Assembly (NCBI GenBank): GCA_963715195.1
Contig: CAVQRT010000003.1
Location: 192,001-256,000, forward strand
Length of the DNA stretch: 64,000 nucleotides
From: Thermodesulfovibrionales bacterium
GTDB taxonomy: Bacteria > Nitrospirota > Thermodesulfovibrionia > Thermodesulfovibrionales > SM23-35
Direction: 5' to 3'
Position 1 is the first letter of the stretch. Every line of letters starts with the position of its first letter. This document shows positions 20,753 to 30,761 of this stretch, one piece after another. Below the pieces are notes generated by a model that was not told the origin of the DNA, made no database searches, and was given only the letters and a program-made list of their open reading frames with translations. Both the position numbers and the translations under genes were made by a program.

Positions 20753-21820
20753 TTATAACCTTTCTCCTGAATCTGCATCAAAAACGAGCATTTTCCCGAC
20801 AGGAATGTTCATAAAAGCCTTCCTGCCCGCTTTCAGGTGACTGGCCACTGCAGATTTTCCTTTTACCCTCGTGATGTGCCATTGCACATCGGACCAGTTA
20901 TATGAACCAGCCGGCTCAATGATCCTGACAGTAACCTCAACGGAATCTTCCGTCTTCTCATGCGAAACTGTAATGTCCTCTGGCCTCACCCCCGCGATCA
21001 CCCGATTGCCGGAAGGAAGGCGCCCTACCTGAGGAGAAAGAATCAATCCGTTTAACTCTATCCGAAATGGATCTGTTCCAGCCACAGTTCCATGTATAAA
21101 ATTCATTGGCGGTATTCCGATAAATCCTCCAACAAAAGTATTTTCCGGTTTTGTATACACCTGGTATGGCGACCCGGTCTGCTGAATTGCTCCTTCATAG
21201 ATGACAGCGATTCTGTCCGAAAGACTCATGGCCTCTTCCTGATCATGCGTCACGTAGACAGTTGTTATCCGCAGTTCCTGATGAAGTCTCTTCAGTTCGG
21301 CCCTCATATCGATTCTCAGCCTCGCATCGAGATTCGACAGGGGCTCGTCCATCAGAAAAACCTTCGGCTTTCTGATAATGGCCCTTCCCAGCGCTACCCT
21401 CTGCCTCTGTCCTCCGGATAATTCTTTCGGCTTTCTGCCGAGCAGGTCAGCAAGGCCAAGGAGTTGGGCAACGCGCTTGACATCACTGTCGATCGTCTGT
21501 CTTCTAACCCTTTTCATCCGGAGAGGGAACGCAATGTTTTCATATACCGTCATATGCGGATAGAGAGCATAGCTCTGAAAGACCATCGCTACGTCTCGTT
21601 CACGCGGCGTAAGCGTATTGACAAAGATATCGTCAAAATATATTTTCCCATCGGTTACATCTTCAAGGCCTGCTATCATATTGAGTAACGTTGATTTGCC
21701 GCAGCCGCTCGGACCAACAAACGTAAAAAACTCCCCGTCAGAAATTATAAGATCAAATTGCCTGAAGACCACGGAATTTCTAAAAGACTTCTCCACCCGC
21801 TCTAATCTTATTTCAGCCAT
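20753..21820 (-). CDS. sugar ABC transporter ATP-binding protein (MalK/SugC-like)
   Basis: GPSGCGKST, VFQSYALYPHM, LSGGQRQR, DEPLSNLDA, TOBE-like C-terminus. Confidence 0.95.
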   Translation of the reverse strand: MAEIRLERVEKSFRNSVVFRQFDLIISDGEFFTFVGPSGCGKSTLLNMIAGLEDVTDGKIYFDDIFVNTLTPRERDVAMVFQSYALYPHMTVYENIAFPLRMKRVRRQTIDSDVKRVAQLLGLADLLGRKPKELSGGQRQRVALGRAIIRKPKVFLMDEPLSNLDARLRIDMRAELKRLHQELRITTVYVTHDQEEAMSLSDRIAVIYEGAIQQTGSPYQVYTKPENTFVGGFIGIPPMNFIHGTVAGTDPFRIELNGLILSPQVGRLPSGNRVIAGVRPEDITVSHEKTEDSVEVTVRIIEPAGSYNWSDVQWHITRVKGKSAVASHLKAGRKAFMNIPVGKMLVFDADSGERL

Positions 21821-21823
21821 GCA

Positions 21824-22636
21824 TCATCCTTTTACAGCGCCTGAAGTAAGTCCCTCGGTAATCCTTCTCTGGAAAACAAATACGAGGATCACGAGCGGGA
21901 TCGTTACTATTATTGACGCCGCTGCAATATCGCCCCAGGGTATTTCATGAAGACCGGGGAATAATGCCACTGCTACCGGGATTGTCCGGGAGGCCGTGGT
22001 AGAAGTAAATGTCAAGGCAAAGAGAAATTCATTCCACGAGAATATAAACACAAGAATAGCTGTGGTAAGAAAAGCAGGCGCTGATAAGGGAAGTATTATT
22101 CGATAGAATGACTGGAAAGAGGTACACCCATCAATCCGTGACGAGAGATATATTTCATCGGGTATCTCTTTAAAGAAATTCGTGAGAATCCAGACCGACA
22201 GGGGTAAGGAAAATGTTGTGTACGTGATGATGAGCGCCCACCAGGTATCCCGGAGACCGAGGGCACGAATGATTATGAAAAGAGGACTTACCGTTGCTAT
22301 GGGCGGAAACATTGAGACCGAGAGGATAAAGCCGAGAATTAGTGACTTATACCTGATTTTTAGCTTTGCAAGTCCAAAAGCGCAGAGAGATCCGATCATA
22401 AGGGAAAAGAGAGTCGTTGAAGCTGCAACGATAGCGCTATTGAGGATAATTCGTAAAAACGGGTGCCCCTTGAAAATCGATATATAGTGAATCACGGTCG
22501 GGGAATCGGTAAGAAGCGGTGGAATCCTTGTCAGTTCAGAATCCGGCTTCAGACTCGTAATGAACTGCCAGATAAGCGGGCCTGCACAGTAAGTGCATAC
22601 CAAAAGCAACAACAGATAAAAACCGGCTCTCTTCAT
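21824..22636 (-). CDS. carbohydrate ABC transporter permease (MalG/SugB-like)
   Basis: About 6 TM segments, EAA-like loop, FSWNEFLFA, GLTSGAVKG terminus. Confidence 0.92.
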   Translation of the reverse strand: MKRAGFYLLLLLVCTYCAGPLIWQFITSLKPDSELTRIPPLLTDSPTVIHYISIFKGHPFLRIILNSAIVAASTTLFSLMIGSLCAFGLAKLKIRYKSLILGFILSVSMFPPIATVSPLFIIIRALGLRDTWWALIITYTTFSLPLSVWILTNFFKEIPDEIYLSSRIDGCTSFQSFYRIILPLSAPAFLTTAILVFIFSWNEFLFALTFTSTTASRTIPVAVALFPGLHEIPWGDIAAASIIVTIPLVILVFVFQRRITEGLTSGAVKG

Positions 22637-23481
22637 GCTTTCTTATCCCTGCTTAGAAGGTTTACATAGACAATACTCATAACCCCCACACATAAAAAAA
22701 CAACAACTGAAAGTGTAGATCCGTACCCAAACTGGAGCGTTTGGAACAGCACCTTGTATGCATACACAGAAAGAGTTTCCGTTGTATTTGCAGGTCCTCC
22801 GCCGGTGAGCACATAAATCGCATCAAAGACCCTGAAAGCATCGAGTGTTCTGAAGAGAAGAACAATCAGGATGGCCGGCTTCAAAAGTGGCAACATAATC
22901 TTTCTGAAGATCTGCCAGTTCCCGGCGCCATCCACCCGCGCAGCCCGATAGACTTCCCCCGGGATGATCTGGAGCCCCGCAATGAGAAGGATTGCGACAA
23001 AAGGGGTTGTTTTCCACACATCCATAAGAATTGCTGCGTTGAGCGCCCAGAAAGGACTTCCGAGCCAGTTTATCTTGACGCCGAGCACATAATTCAAAAT
23101 GCCGAAATCTGTGTTATACATCCACTCCCACATCCGTGCAGAAACAACTGTTGGGATTGCCCAAGGGATAAGTATCACCGCTCTTGCAAGTCCTTTTCCT
23201 CGAAAAGTTCTGTTGAGGAGTATGGCGAAGCAAAGACCGAGCAATAGTTCCAGTGATACAGAAACGCCGGTGAAGTAGAGCGTGTTTTTCAGTGCGTTCC
23301 AGAACCTGTCATCTCTCAGGAGGAACTGATAATTCTCAAAGCCGATAAAGCGCGAGATGTGAAATATTAACAGTTTTCGGTGCGTGCTTAAATAGATAAC
23401 ATAGAGTATTGGGTATAAGGTGATAACTGACAGGAGCGCAAGCGCTGGAACAACAAACCTGTTTCCTCCTTCCCGTTTCAT
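22633..23481 (-). CDS. carbohydrate ABC transporter permease (MalF/SugA-like)
   Basis: PWAIPTVV, DVWKTTPF, AARVDGA, LTGGGPANTT. Confidence 0.92.
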   Translation of the reverse strand: MKREGGNRFVVPALALLSVITLYPILYVIYLSTHRKLLIFHISRFIGFENYQFLLRDDRFWNALKNTLYFTGVSVSLELLLGLCFAILLNRTFRGKGLARAVILIPWAIPTVVSARMWEWMYNTDFGILNYVLGVKINWLGSPFWALNAAILMDVWKTTPFVAILLIAGLQIIPGEVYRAARVDGAGNWQIFRKIMLPLLKPAILIVLLFRTLDAFRVFDAIYVLTGGGPANTTETLSVYAYKVLFQTLQFGYGSTLSVVVFLCVGVMSIVYVNLLSRDKKA

Positions 23482-24755
23482 CGTTCTCCTGACTTTAGTA
23501 TATGTTCGATCTGTTTTCGGGCTGAAATCAATGCCATCTCAGGAGTCTTGATACCGGCAAGTGCTGCGCTGAACTCTGGCTGCATCACCTGCGTTATCAT
23601 CATATAATAGGGAGAAACCGGTCTCGGTCTTGCATTCATAAACACATCATAAAGGCTCGCAATAAATGGCTGCTCTCTTAGCAGATCTTTATCTTTGTAA
23701 AGTGCTTTTCTCGTCGGTTTATATCCGATGCTGATGGCAAGTAATTTTTGGGCTTCGGCTGAGGTGAGGAAGCGAACCAGTTTTTCGGCTTCTTCCGGAT
23801 ACCGTGAAAACCTGTTTATCCCGAGCTGCCATCCGCCGAGAGTAGAAGCTGACACGCCCTCCTTGAACGAGGGAAGACGGGCCACCCCAACCTTTCCCCT
23901 GACCGGAGAACCCTGACGTTCGAAGATATTCCATGCATAAGGCCAGTTCCGCATAAAGAGAGCCTTCCCGTTCCCGAAAATGTGTCTCGTCGGTTCTTCT
24001 ATCGCGGTCGTTACCAGTGCCGGTGTCACCCTGTATTTCACGATCAGGTCCCGCATAAAACCGAGTGCCTCTTCGTTTTCTGAACTGTCGATAACCACTA
24101 TTGAATCATTCAGGACGTCTCCGCCGTTCCCCCAGAAATATTCGAGAACGTTACAGACCAGCCCTTCATATTGTTTGCCCTGCCAGATGAAGCCGTAAAT
24201 TCCCTGTTCCTTTGATGTTATGTACTGTGCTGTGGTAATGAGACTTTGCCATGTCTTAGGGGGCTCAAAGCCATATCTTCGGAGGAGATCCTTTCGATAG
24301 TATAGGATTCCTGCATCAATATACCAAGGGATAGCATATATCTCCCTTCGAAAAGTAACCGCATTCAAAGGGCCAGGGAAAAAATCATTTTTTTTGTTTC
24401 CCCGGAGCAGATGACTGAGATTCCGCAACCATCCGGCTCTTGCGAACTCCGGAACCCAGACGACATCCATGCTGAGGACATCAAAATCAGAACTTTTTCC
24501 TTCCAGGTTAATCACATAGAATTGATGCTGCTCGTCGGTGGAAGCAGGCAGTACTTCATCTTTCACAATAATGCCAGGATTTTCATCCTCAAATTTTCTG
24601 ATAAGGTGCTTAAATTGCTCCGGATCTCCGGCAATCTTTCCGTGTTTAAACACTAATACAGTTTCTTTACCTTTGCTATCACCTTTGCCTGAAGGGACAC
24701 AAGAGATACAGACCATACAGAAGAAAAAGAGAATATAAAGAGCATTGTTTTTCAT
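23478..24755 (-). CDS. sugar ABC transporter substrate-binding lipoprotein (trehalose/maltose-type)
   Basis: Lipobox-like Cys; DVVWVPEFA, YEGLVCN, FMRNWPYAW, STLGGW as in trehalose/maltose-binding proteins. Confidence 0.88.
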   Translation of the reverse strand: MKNNALYILFFFCMVCISCVPSGKGDSKGKETVLVFKHGKIAGDPEQFKHLIRKFEDENPGIIVKDEVLPASTDEQHQFYVINLEGKSSDFDVLSMDVVWVPEFARAGWLRNLSHLLRGNKKNDFFPGPLNAVTFRREIYAIPWYIDAGILYYRKDLLRRYGFEPPKTWQSLITTAQYITSKEQGIYGFIWQGKQYEGLVCNVLEYFWGNGGDVLNDSIVVIDSSENEEALGFMRDLIVKYRVTPALVTTAIEEPTRHIFGNGKALFMRNWPYAWNIFERQGSPVRGKVGVARLPSFKEGVSASTLGGWQLGINRFSRYPEEAEKLVRFLTSAEAQKLLAISIGYKPTRKALYKDKDLLREQPFIASLYDVFMNARPRPVSPYYMMITQVMQPEFSAALAGIKTPEMALISARKQIEHILKSGER

Positions 24756-24760
24756 CAGAG

Positions 24761-26545
24761 TTAATGTTCTTTTGAACTAAGCGAAGCCTTATGGTAGGCT
24801 GCGATGATATTTTCACGGGTAATGAGACCTACTAAAAGGTTCGGGTTCTCCCGTTCAACAACCGGGATTCTTCCCACATTCTTTTCTCCCAATTTCTGCA
24901 GCGCTGTTTTTAAATTGTCACTTGGGTAGCAGGTGGAGATTTCTTTGGTTATGATCTCTTTGATAGGCATATCCATCTTCCCTTCGGACATAGCTTCGAA
25001 AATGTCCTTGGTCGTAACCATACCGACCAGATTGCCCTCTTGGTTCAGAACGGGAAATCCCCTGTGACGGTAGGAGGCATCCGATTGGATACTCATTTCA
25101 GCATCGTGTACTGTAACAGTTTCTTGAAACGTCACCACCTGCCTGACCATGGCATCAGAAACTGTTATCGAACTCATGATGTCAGATTTCCTCAATTCAT
25201 GGACATCAATTCCTCTCCTTGTTAGTTTTAATGTGTAGATTGATTCTTTCGAGAATTTTCTGACAACGACTGTAGAGATGATACAGGTAATCATAAGCGG
25301 TAAAATGATCAGATAATTCCCTGTCATTTCAAACAGAATGAGGATAGCTGATATCGGGGCATGGGAGGCACCAGAAAAAACTGCCCCCATTCCAACCAAA
25401 GCACACGCTCCGCTTGGGATAGCTATCGATGGCACTATCATTTGAGTTAATTTGCCATACGCCTCTCCAAGCATTGCACCGATAAACAGAGCCGGGGCAA
25501 AAACTCCACCAGAGCCCCCTGAACCAAGGGTTACCGAGGTTGCGAGAATTTTTATGAAAACAAGTGCGGTGACAAGGACAATTCCAACCTCCCCGTACAA
25601 GGCGAGTTCAATGGTGTCATATCCCACACCGAAAATCTGGGGGAAATACAAGCCTATCAGACCGACCCCGATCCCTCCAATTGCAGGTTTCAGGTATTCG
25701 GGGATCCTCCATGCATTGAAAATGTCTTCACTTTTATAAACAGACTTTATGTACAAAAGAGACACGGAAGCGGCGATAAATCCGAAAAGAAAGTAAAGGG
25801 GGATTTCCCAGATACTTTCCAGTGTGTAGGAAGGAACCATGAACGCAGGATAATCTCCCAGGAATGATCTTGATATGACCGTTGCGGTAACAGAGGACAG
25901 AACAACTGCAGAGAAAAACTTGAGACCATATTCACCAAGGATAACTTCAAGGGCAAAAAATATTCCGGCCAGTGGTGCATTAAATGTAGCAGCGATTCCT
26001 CCGGCAGCACCGCAGGCCACTAAAATTTTTATCTTTTCCTCTGAGAGCCGAAAGAACTGTCCCAGACTCGATCCCAGCGTGGAACCGATCTGAACGATGG
26101 GACCTTCCCTCCCCACCGATCCACCAGATCCAATGCAGATCGATGAAGCCAACGTTTTTATGAGGGCCACCCTCGGTCGTATTCTTCCTCCGGCGGAGGC
26201 GACTGCAAGCATCACTTCCGGCACACCGTGTCCCTTAGCTTCCCGGGCCAGGAAATAGACGAGTGGACCCACAATGAGGCCGCCTATTGCCGGAACGAGG
26301 ATCACATAATAGGACCCCATGAAATAAAGGATATCGCTGCTCTTTTCGAAGAAAAGAACCCTGAAACTATTGATGAGCCAGCGAAAAAAGATTGCACCAA
26401 AACCCGAACATACGCCGACGGCAATCGAAAAAAATAAGAGAAAAGATGTTTCAGAGTGCCTGATATAGAGGAGAACAGGCTGAGTCTTTTTTTGTATTTG
26501 GGATTTCCACCAGGCATTCATTTGGTAGGCATTCTTACAATTCAA
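24761..26545 (-). CDS. CLC chloride channel/transporter with C-terminal CBS pair
   Basis: GHGVPE, GREGP, FNAPLAG, GGVFAP, SIY motifs; two CBS domains. Confidence 0.93.
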   Translation of the reverse strand: MNCKNAYQMNAWWKSQIQKKTQPVLLYIRHSETSFLLFFSIAVGVCSGFGAIFFRWLINSFRVLFFEKSSDILYFMGSYYVILVPAIGGLIVGPLVYFLAREAKGHGVPEVMLAVASAGGRIRPRVALIKTLASSICIGSGGSVGREGPIVQIGSTLGSSLGQFFRLSEEKIKILVACGAAGGIAATFNAPLAGIFFALEVILGEYGLKFFSAVVLSSVTATVISRSFLGDYPAFMVPSYTLESIWEIPLYFLFGFIAASVSLLYIKSVYKSEDIFNAWRIPEYLKPAIGGIGVGLIGLYFPQIFGVGYDTIELALYGEVGIVLVTALVFIKILATSVTLGSGGSGGVFAPALFIGAMLGEAYGKLTQMIVPSIAIPSGACALVGMGAVFSGASHAPISAILILFEMTGNYLIILPLMITCIISTVVVRKFSKESIYTLKLTRRGIDVHELRKSDIMSSITVSDAMVRQVVTFQETVTVHDAEMSIQSDASYRHRGFPVLNQEGNLVGMVTTKDIFEAMSEGKMDMPIKEIITKEISTCYPSDNLKTALQKLGEKNVGRIPVVERENPNLLVGLITRENIIAAYHKASLSSKEH

Positions 26546-27746
26546 AAACTGTTTTTCCGCTATTCTCCAGTGCGAACCATATCAGAAGATACTCCTTAAT
26601 TTGCCGTGTTATCAGAAAATTTTTTCTCACGTATTCTTTGCCCTGTTGTCCCATTCTTTTTGCCATTTCGGGATTGTTCATGATCTGGCGTATCCTGAAG
26701 GCAGCGCCTTCGACGGAATGTACCAGGAATCCGGTAACACCATGCATTATTTGAAGCGGAATCCCACCTACATTGCCGCCAATAACCGGCTTGCCTTTCC
26801 ACATGGCTTCCGAAACCGTAAGACCAAACCCTTCCTTGAGAGATTTCTGCATGACAACTGTTGCGCTTCTCTGCAGGGCATTAATATCCTTATCGCTAAA
26901 CGGCGGCAGGAGGAGGATATGTATGTCCGGATCATTTGCCGCGTATTCCCGCACCTCGTTTAAAACTGTCTCCCCTTCGGGATCATCGGCAGCTGGGCTT
27001 CCTGCAAGGACAAGAATGCAGTCATTGTATTTTTTGACAATCCGGTATGCCTTCATGACACCAATCGGATCCTTGAACCTGTCGAATCGTGAAACCTGAA
27101 GGATCATCGGTCTGTCAATGGATATTCCGAACTTCTGAACCGTCTTCCGGATCTCCTCCTCCGACAGATCCCTGTTCTTTTCACTGATCGGATCTATTGA
27201 GGGAGAGACAATGAACTCATCAATAGGGAGTGCCCGTGCGAACTTGGCAACGGAAAAAATCGCTGCATCATACTTCTCACAGTACCGGGTGAGGTAATCG
27301 CATACTTCCTTTACCGGATTGGATACGTCGATATGGCAACGCCATATCCATGAGCCCGTTTTCTTAAATTCGATGAGCGCCGAAGGCTGTGGATCGTGAA
27401 CCAAAATCGCATCTGCATCCAGATTAATCTTTTCTGCATTTTTTCTGTTTACTTCCCGATGATACTCCCACATCTCGGGGGTAATATCTTCGGGATTTCC
27501 CTGAAGGGCGTTGTGCATCTTCTTGGTAATATCGAAAAACTGAGCGTCTCCCTCGATAACTTCCCACCGCGCCTGTATGCCGAGTTCCTCCAGAACCGGA
27601 ATCAACCGCTGCAAAATCTCCGCAACACCCCCTCCTTCACGGGTTGAGTTTATGTGGAGAAAGGATTTTTTATGGAGCCTTTCTCCCAGCATCTGAAGGA
27701 GGGTGAGGTCACTCTTGGGAGATATGCCTATATACTCGTTAAACAC
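26535..27746 (-). CDS. treT: trehalose glycosyltransferring synthase (GT4)
   Basis: HINST..GGGVAEIL, HNALQG, VHDPQP, WRCHID, QVSRFDRFKDP, DDPEG, EGFGLTVSEAMWK. Confidence 0.88.
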   Translation of the reverse strand: MFNEYIGISPKSDLTLLQMLGERLHKKSFLHINSTREGGGVAEILQRLIPVLEELGIQARWEVIEGDAQFFDITKKMHNALQGNPEDITPEMWEYHREVNRKNAEKINLDADAILVHDPQPSALIEFKKTGSWIWRCHIDVSNPVKEVCDYLTRYCEKYDAAIFSVAKFARALPIDEFIVSPSIDPISEKNRDLSEEEIRKTVQKFGISIDRPMILQVSRFDRFKDPIGVMKAYRIVKKYNDCILVLAGSPAADDPEGETVLNEVREYAANDPDIHILLLPPFSDKDINALQRSATVVMQKSLKEGFGLTVSEAMWKGKPVIGGNVGGIPLQIMHGVTGFLVHSVEGAAFRIRQIMNNPEMAKRMGQQGKEYVRKNFLITRQIKEYLLIWFALENSGKTVFEL

Positions 27747-28414
27747 CTGTCAATGACCTCCATATCCCGTTTCACTTCTTGTTCTACTTCTTCAATAATG
27801 TGTTTTTGTATGTCTTCCAGAGAGTGCATGAAGGGATCAATTGCGCGTATTCTTTCTGCAAGTTCCTTCTTGCCGAATACGTCTTCGATCCAGCGTGAAA
27901 AATCATCTACCCCCCCTCCAAGGCGGATCCTCGCCTCATAAAAATGGTAGTAGATGGATTCTGTATTGATAAATCTCATTGCGGTCAGGAACTCCGCTAA
28001 ATTACGGGCTCTGATGCCCAACGGGAATATCATCGTGATCGTCTCATGGAAATAAAACTCATTGCCCTGGATCGCCTCTCGCGGTTCCGGAAACATCCTG
28101 ATATATTCATCAATGACACGGACAAGTTCATTCCTCAGGTCATTGATATTCGTAAAGTCATAGGGGTCGATATTGGCAAGATGTTCTGATAGTGCACTCT
28201 CTTCAAGGCCTTCCCCTGCCCACTGTGAAAAATCGCTTGTATACTCAAGGATATGACCTTTGAGAAAATACTGATACGTATGATGGAAGATACTGTCTTC
28301 ACTGACCGTACTGATTAGATGTTTTAATTCTCCAATGTTTTTCGCTCGCTTCCCTGTTGCCTTGAGTAAGCTGCTGCATTGCCTGAATTCGAAGGGTTCG
28401 ATTATTTCTGCCAT
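27728..28414 (-). CDS. DUF5752-type protein with an internal two-fold repeat
   Basis: Two similar halves (F.F...G.RA.N..E.....SI..H...DFS.W....LA..L..IDP); overlaps treT. Confidence 0.75.
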   Translation of the reverse strand: MAEIIEPFEFRQCSSLLKATGKRAKNIGELKHLISTVSEDSIFHHTYQYFLKGHILEYTSDFSQWAGEGLEESALSEHLANIDPYDFTNINDLRNELVRVIDEYIRMFPEPREAIQGNEFYFHETITMIFPLGIRARNLAEFLTAMRFINTESIYYHFYEARIRLGGGVDDFSRWIEDVFGKKELAERIRAIDPFMHSLEDIQKHIIEEVEQEVKRDMEVIDRCLTSI

Positions 28415-29445
28415 TCCTTCTCCTCCCTGAGGTAAACTGTCCTATGCGGGAATGGTATTTCTATGCCTTCCTGCTTGAACCTCCTAAAAATCCTCTTGCG
28501 TAGTTCATGCTGGGCAAGGTACTGATCGACAAATTCCTTCACCTGGCAGATAAGCGTAAAATCAAGGGAGCTGTCACCATACCCCGGTATGAACCTGACA
28601 AAAGGCTCTGGCTCCCCGAGAAGTCCGGGTATCTCGCCGACAGCCTTTTTTGCCTCTTCGACAAGGATCTGTTCAACCTTCTCTGGATCCGATGCATAGC
28701 TGACCCCGATGGGAATCAACAGGGACATTCTCTTTTCCGGCAGATAGTAGTTCGTCACAACACTCTGCGAAAGTTTACTGTTAGGAATAACAACAATATT
28801 GTTCGGAAGCATGCGCACCCGTGTCGTTCTCCAGGTAATATCTTCTATGTATCCTTCCTGCCCTGTTTCAAGTTTTACGAAATCTCCCATCCTGATAGAT
28901 TTCTCCATGAGAATATGGATACCTGCAAACAGGTTTGCAAGGGTGTCCTGAAGAGCAAGAGCGACAGCAAGACCTCCAACGCCTAATGCTGTCAGGAGAG
29001 GTGCAATAGAAATTCCGAGTACACTCAGGATGATCAAAAATCCGATAATAATGATAACGCCTTTGAGTATTCCGTAAGCGAGCCCTGTCGTCGGGATGGG
29101 AAGATCGGATTTCTGGATATAGTTTTTGAATATCTTCCCGGTCAGATTGGCAATGGCGAGAGTAATTGACAATATTATGATGACATGAATAGCCTTGCTG
29201 AAATAAAAGACATATTTCTCATGAAGGTCAGATATTGATAATCCGGCAAAAAGTCCGATAGCAAGAATCCAGTACACTGAAGGCGTTTTCAGGGATTTTA
29301 TGATAATATCATCGACCCCTGTTTCCGTTTTTTCAGCCCACGCATGGAGAACCCTGATGGCAACACCTCTGACGATGAACAGCACTACCGTGGTAACAAT
29401 CAGTACCAGCGCCGGAATAAAAAATCTCTCGATGTTGATCGTCAT
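28402..29445 (-). CDS. mscS: small-conductance mechanosensitive channel (MscS family)
   Basis: ALGVGGLAVALALQDTLANLFAGI, GDFVKL, ITWRTT, IPNSKL, GIEIPFPHR. Confidence 0.92.
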   Translation of the reverse strand: MTINIERFFIPALVLIVTTVVLFIVRGVAIRVLHAWAEKTETGVDDIIIKSLKTPSVYWILAIGLFAGLSISDLHEKYVFYFSKAIHVIIILSITLAIANLTGKIFKNYIQKSDLPIPTTGLAYGILKGVIIIIGFLIILSVLGISIAPLLTALGVGGLAVALALQDTLANLFAGIHILMEKSIRMGDFVKLETGQEGYIEDITWRTTRVRMLPNNIVVIPNSKLSQSVVTNYYLPEKRMSLLIPIGVSYASDPEKVEQILVEEAKKAVGEIPGLLGEPEPFVRFIPGYGDSSLDFTLICQVKEFVDQYLAQHELRKRIFRRFKQEGIEIPFPHRTVYLREEKEWQK

Positions 29446-29478
29446 AGCCCCTCCTTACACCGTGATGAAAATATCGTA

Positions 29479-30705
29479 TTAAATCTTTTTATTCTTGTCT
29501 TCGCTGGCGTGAACCAGATAGGGAAGGGGAATAGAGGCAAACTGCGCATCCATCTGACTCTTAAACGTTCTGAATTCTGCGAGGAGATTCTCAGGGATCG
29601 GCTTTCCCCGAGGCATCTTTACCGAAAGGGGATTGAGTGGTTTATTGTTGATCCTGAGTTCATAGTGAAGGTGCGGCCCTGTGGCAAGTCCTGTAGATCC
29701 GACACGCCCGACGACCTGCCCCTGGTGAATCTTCTTTCCTCTCCTTATACTTTTCGATATTTGCGATAAATGACCGTAATACGTTTTCCAGCCGTTTGTA
29801 TGTTTGATGATCACAAGCTTCCCGTACTGCCCTTTGTATCCAGCAAACTGAATAGTGCCTTCACCGACGGCAGAAACCGGGGTGCCCGCCGGAGCAGCAT
29901 AGTCCAATCCATGATGGGGCCTCCGTATCCTCAGAATGGGATGGAAACGACCGCGGGAAAAGTATGAGCTTATTCGTCTGAAATTCAACGGCGCCTTTAG
30001 GAATGCCTTCTTCACCGATTTGCCTTCCTCATCATAATAGTCAGCCTGTCCGCCTATTTCATACCGGTATGCACGGAACGTTTCGCCTTTATTGACAAAC
30101 TCAGCCGAAAGGATATCGCCATATTTTTTCAATACACCATTAAGATAGTACCCTTCAACAATGATTTTATACGTATCTCCCTCCCTGAGTTCACTGGTAA
30201 AATCGATGTCCCAGGCAAAAATATCAGAGAGTTGAAGAGCAATTATTACCTTTCCCCCATCTTCACCCAGGGAAGATATCAGGTTGTCCCTGATAAGACC
30301 GCCCATATACTGAACTCGTTTTTCGTACTCTATAGGTATTTTTTGGGCGTCAAACCCGGATTCATTCTTTGCGATGTGGAGGATGTTATCTTCATCTATC
30401 CAGTAAAAAAGGGACTCGACCTGATTACTTTCGTCAACGACAATTTTATACGTTTGACCCGGACACAGGTTTCGCAACCTGTGAACAGCAGCTGAGGCCT
30501 CTTTCAATTGAAAGAGCTCATGCATACTGAGTCCGTATTTCTTAAAAATATCAAAGAATGTTTCTCCCTTGCTGACGATGCCACAGATTTCCCGGCTATC
30601 TTTTTTTATCTGGACACAGTCCTTCTTTTCCCGAATAGTTGCATTACTGTGGATGATGATGAATATGAAAAAAACAACAGCTGCTACTAAGGGAATATGT
30701 CTCAT
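29479..30705 (-). CDS. M23 family peptidoglycan endopeptidase (MepM-like)
   Basis: FAWDIDF, HHGLDYAAP, YGHLS, GSTGLATGPHLHYE. Confidence 0.9.
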   Translation of the reverse strand: MRHIPLVAAVVFFIFIIIHSNATIREKKDCVQIKKDSREICGIVSKGETFFDIFKKYGLSMHELFQLKEASAAVHRLRNLCPGQTYKIVVDESNQVESLFYWIDEDNILHIAKNESGFDAQKIPIEYEKRVQYMGGLIRDNLISSLGEDGGKVIIALQLSDIFAWDIDFTSELREGDTYKIIVEGYYLNGVLKKYGDILSAEFVNKGETFRAYRYEIGGQADYYDEEGKSVKKAFLKAPLNFRRISSYFSRGRFHPILRIRRPHHGLDYAAPAGTPVSAVGEGTIQFAGYKGQYGKLVIIKHTNGWKTYYGHLSQISKSIRRGKKIHQGQVVGRVGSTGLATGPHLHYELRINNKPLNPLSVKMPRGKPIPENLLAEFRTFKSQMDAQFASIPLPYLVHASEDKNKKI

Positions 30706-30761
30706 TGGTCATCCTCCCTTACTATCAATTATTACTAGGGCACAGCATCAACCCGCAGGTA

